A stretch of 64,000 nt of DNA from the human T2T-CHM13v2.0 reference genome, Homo sapiens: assembly GCF_009914755.1 (NCBI RefSeq), contig NC_060943.1, one strand, 5' to 3'. The notes under the pieces were generated by a model that did not search any database, had not been told where the DNA came from, and was given only the letters and a program-made list of their open reading frames with translations. The translations under genes were made by a program, and so were the position numbers. Positions 53,582 through 64,000 of this stretch are shown one piece after another. Within the stretch, counting starts at the first letter, position 1, and each line of letters opens with the position of its first letter.

Positions 53582-53781
53582 AAATGAACTTGGGCTGCTC
53601 TGTCCCAATGTCTCCATCCTTTGCATCTTAACCTGTCGCAGAACAAGAAAAGTGGTGCCGCTAAGATTGCACAGGTGCAGCGAATACGAACCTGGGAAGA
53701 CTGTGGTGTTTCTTTAGATGGCTGGTGGATCTATCTGGATTGAAGGGATTCCTTTTCCCAGCAATAATTTTACAGACCTGA

Positions 53782-54126
<345 letters not shown>

Positions 54127-55349
54127 TAACAAAGCTTCTACTCAGAGAGACGGATTAAACCAGACAATTAAACATAATGCAAATGAATGTGATTACTGGG
54201 GCACTGTAGAGACAGAGAGAGACATGAGATCCCACAGAAGCTAAGGCAGATTTAAGTGATCATGCAGGATGGTTAGAAGGGACTGATTATTGAAAGAATT
54301 TCGGTGAAAAAATAAACATTTATCCTTAGATGCTGAGCGTGAATGTGAGACTGTTAGATGTAAAAGAAAAAATATTCTGACACTTGGGTAAATGGTGAGG
54401 AAGAATATTCAAGACAATTGCAACAGGGGAGAGAGACCCAACTCTGAATATAGCAATGATAGTTGGTTTTTTGTAGACAATTATCAAAGTAAGGCGGTCA
54501 GTGGGTGGGAAATTACAAAGAACAACTTGATTAGGTATCAGGAGCAGAATCCTTGCTAAAGGCAGGCCAAAGATTTAGACATTAAGAGTGGAACATGGGA
54601 AATCTGATCAGGTATCAAGGATGGGGGGATTCTCATTACCCTTGTTGAAACTGGGTGCAACACAGTTTCAACACAGATGTCCAAAGTCCAGGCCTAGTCA
54701 GGAAGAGGGCTCAGGGAAGCCTAAGTCAAGTCTGGTCGAGGAGAAGGTCTTTGCCAGATGGCAGTGTTTCGATCTATTACACTACAGACATTGTGGGCCA
54801 CATAATACATTTTCAGGGGGAAGAGGGCTGTCCTGTGCATTGTAGGATGTTTAGCTGCATCCCTGGCCCCTGCCCACTGGAGTCAGTAGCATACTCAAGT
54901 GTGATAACTCAAAATGTCTGCAGTCACTGTTAATTTTCCCTTGAGGTGGACACAGTTTACCCCAGCTGAGAACCGCATGGATGAGGAGAAGGCACATACA
55001 TATGCCTGAGGTTTCAGGCAAAGAATAGTAGACATGTGTTGGTGTCATGCATTGAGGCAGAGATCGCTGGTGGAGAAGCACATACAGGGAAGCTGGGATT
55101 ATCGAGTGTAACGGATACTACAGTGTAACTAGAGAAAGAATATGAAAGGTGGGAAAATGGGAGTGAAAATATTGTAATATTTAGCAAGTGCATGTGTGCA
55201 GTGGTTCAATGGTCTATTCTGTGTATTAAGACTATTTGGTGCCATTGTTTTACTGGGCTGAGCTTATTTCACTTAACATAATTTCTTCCAGTTCCCTCCC
55301 TCCATGTTGGCTGCACATGACAGTTTTGCTCTTTTTAAAATGATATTGA

Positions 55350-55810
<461 letters not shown>

Positions 55811-56954
55811 TTAGTCGCCCTTAAAAGAGAGGAAGTTCTAATACATGGTACCACATGGATGGACCTTGAGGGCACTATACTATGTAAAAGTCAGGCATGA
55901 AAGGATAAATACTGTGTGATCCAGTCATAGGAGGTACCTGGTATAGAAATATTCATAGAGAGGGAAAGTAGTGTGGTGGTTGCGAGGAGCTGATGGGAAG
56001 AGAATAAAAAGAGTTGCTTTTTAATGTTTACAGAGTTTCAATTTTGCAAAGAGAAAAACATTCTGGAGATGGATGGTGGTGATGGTTGCATGATAATGTG
56101 CATATTTACTGAACCGGACACTTACAAATGGTTAAGCCAGTCAATTGTTTGTTTGTATTTTACCACAATTTAACATTTTAAAAGTTGGTTTTTTAAAAGA
56201 GTATTATGACAAAACAGGGTAAAGATGGCCACATAAAGGTGAAAGGAACAGAGTACCTCTAGAATAAAGCATCAGTTGAATGCACTTAAGACTAAGATGA
56301 GGAATGAAAACACCAGTTGGATTGATGGGCAGGGGCATTATTGCTGAAATAACACAGGGTCTTTAAGATGTAGTGGTGGGGTCAATGTCACATTGAAGTA
56401 GGTGACACCTTCTTCTTTTTTATTCAGGAACCTTTTGGATAGTGGAAATCATCAGTCTGATCCACTCCAAGGGAGATCCTAGTTGGGTCCAATCTGTTGT
56501 TCCCTGGGATCGTTCACCATGGATAGAAGTTAAACGTAAGAAAGCAGGTTTAGAGAGTCAGAAGGGCCCACACCTCTACACCTCCCACCTTCCCATTCAG
56601 CTCTTCCCCAAGTCATTCTTGAATTCCAAGGCCAAGGTGAGTTAATAATGGAATGTCAGCGTGGACCACTTTCTGACGGCTGAATGACTGTGTTTTAGGG
56701 ACAGAGTTAAAATGCGATTCCCTAAACTATGCATATTAGAAAATCTTGTTCCAATCTACTGTGTCATATACAAGACAATGTTTCTGGTATTTCCCCAGGA
56801 AATCCTCAGCCTTCATTTAAGTAAATCCTGGCTACATCCCCAAAACTGAGGACCCCAACATTAATATGCTCATGTGGAAAGCATCTTAGCTGTAAACCAG
56901 CACCTGAATTTCAGAGGAAATGTGGGTGTGACACTGATATTTGAAACCCAAACT

Positions 56955-59900
56955 CAGCCCTGGATCAACTGGACCTGACAGAGATCTACATAAGTCTCCA
57001 CCCAAAACCAACAGAACATACATTTTTCTCAGTACCACATGGCACTTACTCTAAAATTGATCACATAATTAGAAGTAAACCACTGCTCAGCAAATGCAAA
57101 AGAACTGAAATCATAACAGTCTCTCAGTCCACAGCACAATCAAATTAGAACTCAAGATTAAGAAATTCACTCAAAAACACGTAACTACATGGAAATTGAA
57201 CAACCTGCTCCTGCATGACTTCTGGATAAATAATAAAACTGAGGCAGAAACCAAGAAATTCTTTGAAACTAATGAGAACGAAGAGACAACGTACCAGACT
57301 CTCTGGGATGCAGCTAAAGCAGTGTTAAGAGGGAAATTTACAGCACTAAATAGATCCAACAAAAAGCTAGAAAGATCTCAAATGGACACCCTAACATCAC
57401 AACTAAAAGTACCAGAGAACCAAGAGCAAATAAATTTCAGAGTTAGCAGAAGACAAGGAATAACCAAGCACAGAGCACAACTGAAGAAGAAAGAGACACA
57501 AAACACCCTTCAAAAAAATCGACAAATCCAGGAGCTGGTTCTTTGAAAAAAAAAATCAATAAAATAGATAGACCATTAGCTAGACTAATAAAGAAAAAAA
57601 GACAAGATTCAAATAAACACAATCAAAAATGATAATGATGACATTACCACTGACCCCACAGAGATACAAACTACTGTCAGAGAAAATGATAAACACTTCT
57701 ATGCAAATCAATCAGAAACTCTAGAATAAATGGACACATTCCTGGACACATACACCCTCCCAAGACTCAACCAGGAAGAAGTTGAATCCCTGAATAGACC
57801 AATAACAAGTTCTGAAATTGAGGCAGTAATTAATAACCTACAAACCAAAAAAAGCCCAGGACCAGATGGATTTACAGCTGAATTCTACTGGAGGTGCAAA
57901 GAGGAGCTGGTACATTTCTTCTGTAACTATTCCAAACAATCGAAAAGAAGAGACTCCTCCTTAACTCATTTTATGAGGCCAGCATCATTCTGATACCAAA
58001 CCTGGCAGAGATATACAACAAAAAAATAAAACTTCTTGCCAATACCCCTGATGAACATCGATGTCAAAATCCTCAATAAAATACTGGCAAACCAAATCCA
58101 GCAGCACATCAAAAAGCTTATCCACCATGAACAAGTTGGCTTCATTCCTGGGATGCAAGGCTGGTTCAATACATGAAATCAATAAACATAATTCATCACA
58201 TAAACAGAACTAGAGACAAAAAACACAACACTATCTTAACAGATGCAGAAAAGGCCTTTGATAAAATTCAACATCTCTTCATGATAAAAACTCTCAATAA
58301 ACTAGGTATTGATGGCACATATCCAAAATAAGAGCCATTTATGACAAACCGACAGCCAGTATCATAGTGAATGGGCAAAAGCTGGAAGCACTCCCCTTGA
58401 AAACGGGCACAAGAAAAGGATGCCCTCTCTCACCACTCTTATTCAACACAGTATTGGAAATTCTGGCAAAGGAAATCAGGCAAGACAAAGAAATAAAGGG
58501 TATTCAAATAGGAAGAGAAGAAGTCAACTTGTCTTTGTTTGCAGATGACATGATGCTGTATCTAGAAAACCCCATCAACTCAGCCCAAAAACTTCTTAAG
58601 CTGATAAGCAACTTCAGCAAAGTCTCAGGATACAAAACCAATGTGCAGAAATTAAAAGCACTTCTATAAACCAAGAACAGACAAGCAGCGAGCCAAATCA
58701 TGAATAAATTCTCATTCACAATTGCCACAGAGAAAATAAAACACCTAGAAATACAGCTAATAAGGGGAAGTGAAGGACCTCTTCAAGGAGAACTACAAAT
58801 TACTGCTCAAGGAAATCAGCGAGGACACAAACAAATGGAAAAACATTCCATGCTCATGGATAGGAAGAGTCAATATCATGAAAACAGCCATACTGCCCAA
58901 AGCAGTTTATAGCTTTAATGCTATTCCCACTAAACTACCATCTGATCTTCAACAAACCTGACAAAAACCAGCAATGGGGAAAGGATTCCCTATTTAAAAA
59001 TGATGTTGGGAGAACTGGCTAGTCACATGCAGAAAATTGAAACTGGACCCTTTATTACACCTTATACAAAAATTAACTCTAGATGGATTAAAGACTTATA
59101 TGTAAAAAAAAAATAAAAACTATAGAAACTCTAGAAGAAAATCTAGGCAATACCATACAGGACACATAAGCATGGGCAAAGATTTTATGATGAAATCTCT
59201 AAAACCAATTGCAGCAGAAGCAAAAATTGACAACTAAGATCTAATTAAACCAAAGAGCTTCTGCACAGCAAAAGAAAACTATCATCAGAGTGAACAAGCA
59301 ACCTACAGCATGGAAGAAAATTTTTGCAACATATCCATCCGACAAAGGTCTAATATTCAGCATCCATAAGGAACTTCAGCAAATTTACAAAAAACAAAAT
59401 GCCATTAAAAAATGGGCAAAGGACATGAACAGACACTTCTTAGAAGAAGACATACATGTGGCCAACAAATGTGAAAAAAAAGCTGAATATCACTGATCAC
59501 TGGAGAAATGCCAATGATCACTGGAGAAATGCCAATGAAAACCACAATGAGATACCATCTCACACCAGTCAGAATGGCAATTATTAAAAAGCCAAGAAGC
59601 AACAGATGCTGGCGAGGTTGCAGAGAAATAGGAATGCTTTTACACTGTTTGTGGGAATGTAAATTAATTCAACCATTGTGAAAGACAGTGTGGTGATTCC
59701 TGAAAGATTTAGAACCAGAAATACCATTTGACCCAGCAATCCCATTATGGGGTATATACCCAAAGGAATATAAATCATTCTATTTTAAAAATACATGCAT
59801 GTGTATGTTCATTGTAACACTATTCACAATTGCAAAGACACGAAATCAACCCAAATGCCCATCAGTGATAGACTGGATAAAGAAAATGTGGTACAAATAC

Positions 59901-60272
59901 ACCATGGAGTACTATGCAGCCATAAAAAGGAACAAGATCATGTCCTTTGCAGGGACATGGATGGAGCTGAAAGACATTATCCTCAGCAAACTGACACAGG
60001 AACAGGAAATCAAACACTGCATGTTCTCACTTATAAGTGGGAGCTGAACAATGAGAACACATGGAAACAGGGAGGGGAACACACACACTGTGGCCTGTCA
60101 GAGGAGGGCATGGTTGGGAGGAGAGTATCAAAAGAAATAGCTAATGCATGCCAGGTTTAATACCTAGGTGATGGGTTGATAGGTGCAGCAAACCACCATG
60201 GCACGCATTTACCTATGTAACAAACCTGCATATCCTGCACATGGTCTCTGGAACTTAAAAAAACAAAAAAAA
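56955..60272 (+). mobile_element. 5'-truncated L1PA (disrupted ORF2 plus 3'UTR) in SULT-like intron 2
   Basis: ORF2 peptides [42 protein letters not shown] and IKKMWYKYTMEYYAAIK; ends with L1 3'UTR and A tail. Confidence 0.95.
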
Positions 60273-61288
<1,016 letters not shown>

Positions 61289-61754
61289 TCAGCCAACGCT
61301 GAAGAACATGTATACGGGAACTGCCTGTACCATTTTTACAACTTTTTAGTAATCCAAACATATTTTAAAATACAACTACTCAAGAAAAAAGAAAAAAATT
61401 TACTACTTCATAAAAGCATTTTCTAAAATGATTAATGTCCCAAAGTTATACATTCCTGTAACTCTCAGTACCTCTGCATTTTTAATGCTCCTTGCTGTTT
61501 ATATATTTCAGTGGTTACCTGCCCATATTTCTCTAGTTTTCAGGTGAGGGATATGACAAGAGCACACAGATCTAATGGATTTTAAACAGTGTATTTGTCT
61601 CTGAACAGCATCCTCTTAGAAACACTCACCTCTATTACTCAGATTACACATTTGCCAGATAAGCGAAATGAATTCATCCTCTTCCTACTTCTCTTTTTCT
61701 CTTCTTCTCGTCTTCCTTCTCTGCTGCCTCTGTCTGTTTTCTTTTTCCCCAAAG

Positions 61755-61770
61755 TGTATTTATCCTCATG
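61755..61770 (+). pseudogene. Possible stub of SULT2A-like exon 3 (C-I-Y, then L-M after a +1 shift)
   Basis: Long pyrimidine tract plus AAG acceptor; TGT ATT TAT C(C)TC ATG resembles SULT2A1 exon 3 start VIYLM; similarity then stops. Confidence 0.4.
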
Positions 61771-61810
61771 TTCTCATGCTTGTGGTTCTCATCCTAGGAC
61801 ATAAGAGCCA

Positions 61811-62490
61811 GTGGAGTATTGCTATAAAGATATCTGAAAATGTGGAAGCAACTTCAAAACTGGGTAATGGGCAAAGATTGGAAGAGTTTGGAGGGCTCAG
61901 AAGAAGACAGGAAGATGAAAGAAGTTTGGAATTTCTTAGAGACTGTTAAGTGGTTGTGACCAAAATGCTAATAGTAATATGGACAGTGACGTCCTGGCTG
62001 CTGAGGTGTCAGATGGAAATGAGGAACTTATTGGGAACTGGAACAAACGTGACATGTGTTATGCCTTAGGAAAGAACTTGGTTGAATTGTGTCCATCCTT
62101 TAGGACTCTGTGAACATTTGAACTTGAGAGTGATGATTTAGGTTATTTGGCAGAAGAAATTTCTAAGCAGCAAAGTGTTCAAGATGTGGCATGGCTGTGT
62201 CTAACAGCCTATGTTCAGATGTGTGAGCAAATAAATGACCTAAGGTTGGAAATTATATTCTATTTAAAGAGGAAGCAGACCATAGTAGTTTGGAAAATTT
62301 GCAACCTGGCCATGTGGTAGAAGAGAAAAGCCTATTTTCAAGAGAAGAATTCAAGTGAGCTGCTAAGCAACCACTTGATAGAGAAATTTGCATAAGTAAA
62401 ATGCAAACAAGAGCTGATAGCAAAGACAATGGCAGAAAGGTCTCAAAGGCATTTCAGAGACCTCTGCAGCAACCCCTCCCATCACAGGCA
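61811..62490 (+). mobile_element. MaLR (MST/THE1) internal sequence
   Basis: ttgctataaagatatctgaaaatgtggaagcaact...ggagggctcagaagaagacaggaag is typical of the MaLR-int 5' end. Confidence 0.8.
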
Positions 62491-62799
62491 ATCCATCCAT
62501 CCAGTAAAGCTAGAACATGGAGGAGGGGATGAACAGCTGGAGAGCTTCTGGGCAGGAAAAAAATCCTTAAGTCAGGCAAAGAATAGATTGAGGAGACAGA
62601 GAACCTGAAGGGTGACAGCACTTTTTAAAGCTCAGTGGTCCTCTGCAGGACTTTTTGAACCAAGCAATGTAGAGACAGCTTACCATATGAACTTATGTTG
62701 TTACTCAAGAAAGTTGAGAACTAAATAGGTTTTCAGCTATTGTAGGCCAATAATAAATCAGACTGTCTATTGATATTACTTTTGCTTCACTAAGAAAAC

Positions 62800-63425
62800 A
62801 GGATACTACTACAGACACATCAGAATGACTACAATTGAAAGAACGACAATATAAAGTCTTGGAAAGGATGTGGAATGACTGGAATTATCATACATTGGTA
62901 GTGAACATGTTATATGGTACAACCACTTTGGAAAACTGACAGTTTTTTAAAAAATTAAACACACAACTATCCCATGACCCTACCTCTATTACAAGAGAAA
63001 GGAGTGCACATGGCCATAGAGAGGTATGTTCATACAGCTTTATTCACAGCAGTTAAAAACTTAAAACAAGCTGGATGTCCATTAATGAGTGAATGCATAA
63101 ACTAACTGGTACATTCATGCAATGGAATGCTACTAAGAACTGTTGACGTATACCCTACACATATGAATTGCTAACATTATGCTAAGAGAAGCCAGATGCA
63201 AAAGAATACATATTGTATACTATTCTAAGAAGGCCAAGAACTGGCAAAATGAATCTATGGGATAAACATCAGAATAGTGGTTCTTCTAAGGGGGTGATGA
63301 ATGGGAAGGAGCTCAAGGGAAGTTTCCAGTGTGATGGAAATATTCTTTACCTTCTAGGTGATGGTTACATGGGCATACACATCATCGTGCTGTACACTTA
63401 AGATAGGTACATGATACTTCAATAA
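62800..63425 (+). mobile_element. Old L1M 3' end fragment
   Basis: ggtacaaccactttggaaaac...gttcatacagctttattcac...aagccagatgcaaaagaatacata. Confidence 0.7.
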
Positions 63426-64000
63426 ACCATTTTTAAAAGAAAACATCCATTCCTGGAAACAGAACAGACACATCACACATAAACAAGAACGCTTTGTTCT
63501 TATCAGAATGTATTACTTCATTTAAAGTCATGGTTTGGCCCTCTGGTTGGTAGTGGAGGCCCTCCAATTCCTATGACTTGACTAATTGTTGATCTTGAGA
63601 AATGTACATAATGGGTTGTATTTGTTTGGCTATAGAAAAAAGATGAGATTTCTGTCTTAGCAATCTCTTTAGCCGACTGCCTATGGTACATACTGGATTC
63701 TGGTGTAATGCTTATTCAATAATAAAACTGTTTTCTTTCCCTTCTACCTTTGTAGCGAGGTTTTCTGGGTTGGCAGGAAGTTTCTGTTTTTATTTCCTCA
63801 ACAATAGACACGCAGTTTCCCTATACAACATGGTTAAAAGGCTTAAGCAGCTAAAATTCACTACCTGCTATTCAAAGATGAGTCTCATATGGATACAAAA
63901 GTGAACGTGTTTAAAGACATTACTGAGACTTCCAGTTTCTGGTCCAGCAAGGAGCTGGAAGTCCTCACTCCATCCTAACAACAAATAAAAAGCTGAACAA

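Noticed and set aside
59494-59538. 21-bp tandem duplication in L1
   Set aside because: Ordinary slippage in a dead element.
56955-60272. Potentially active L1 or reverse transcriptase gene
   Set aside because: 5'-truncated with many stops and frameshifts.

Overview
Repeat-rich primate DNA, human based on a diagnostic AluYb8. From sequence recall (not a database search) it is the chr19q13.43 EDDM13/ZSCAN5A region. It contains the last three coding exons and poly(A) signal of EDDM13 (+) and a bidirectional CpG-island promoter at ~16.2-17.3 kb. Pseudogenes include two tandemly duplicated vomeronasal type-2 receptor (V2R) 7TM remnants (-), each followed by a Y1-RNA retrocopy, and TSD-bounded processed copies of GPD2 and NDUFAF1 (-). 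There are two minisatellites (84-bp and 34-bp units) and many Alu, L1, LTR and DNA-transposon copies. The most notable item is an intron-containing SULT2A-like sulfotransferase paralogue (+): exons 1 and 2 are fully open with canonical splice sites and catalytic motifs, an ERV1 LTR lies just upstream, and exon 3 appears broken. Other leads are a THE1 LTR with an intact DUX4 motif, TATA and splice donor, and an extended L1 ORF0 whose phase-0 donor is in frame with the SULT exon-1 acceptor. No prokaryotic-type systems are present, and most ORFs in the supplied track are repeat-derived noise. Repeat subfamily calls are from memory of consensus sequences and boundaries are approximate.
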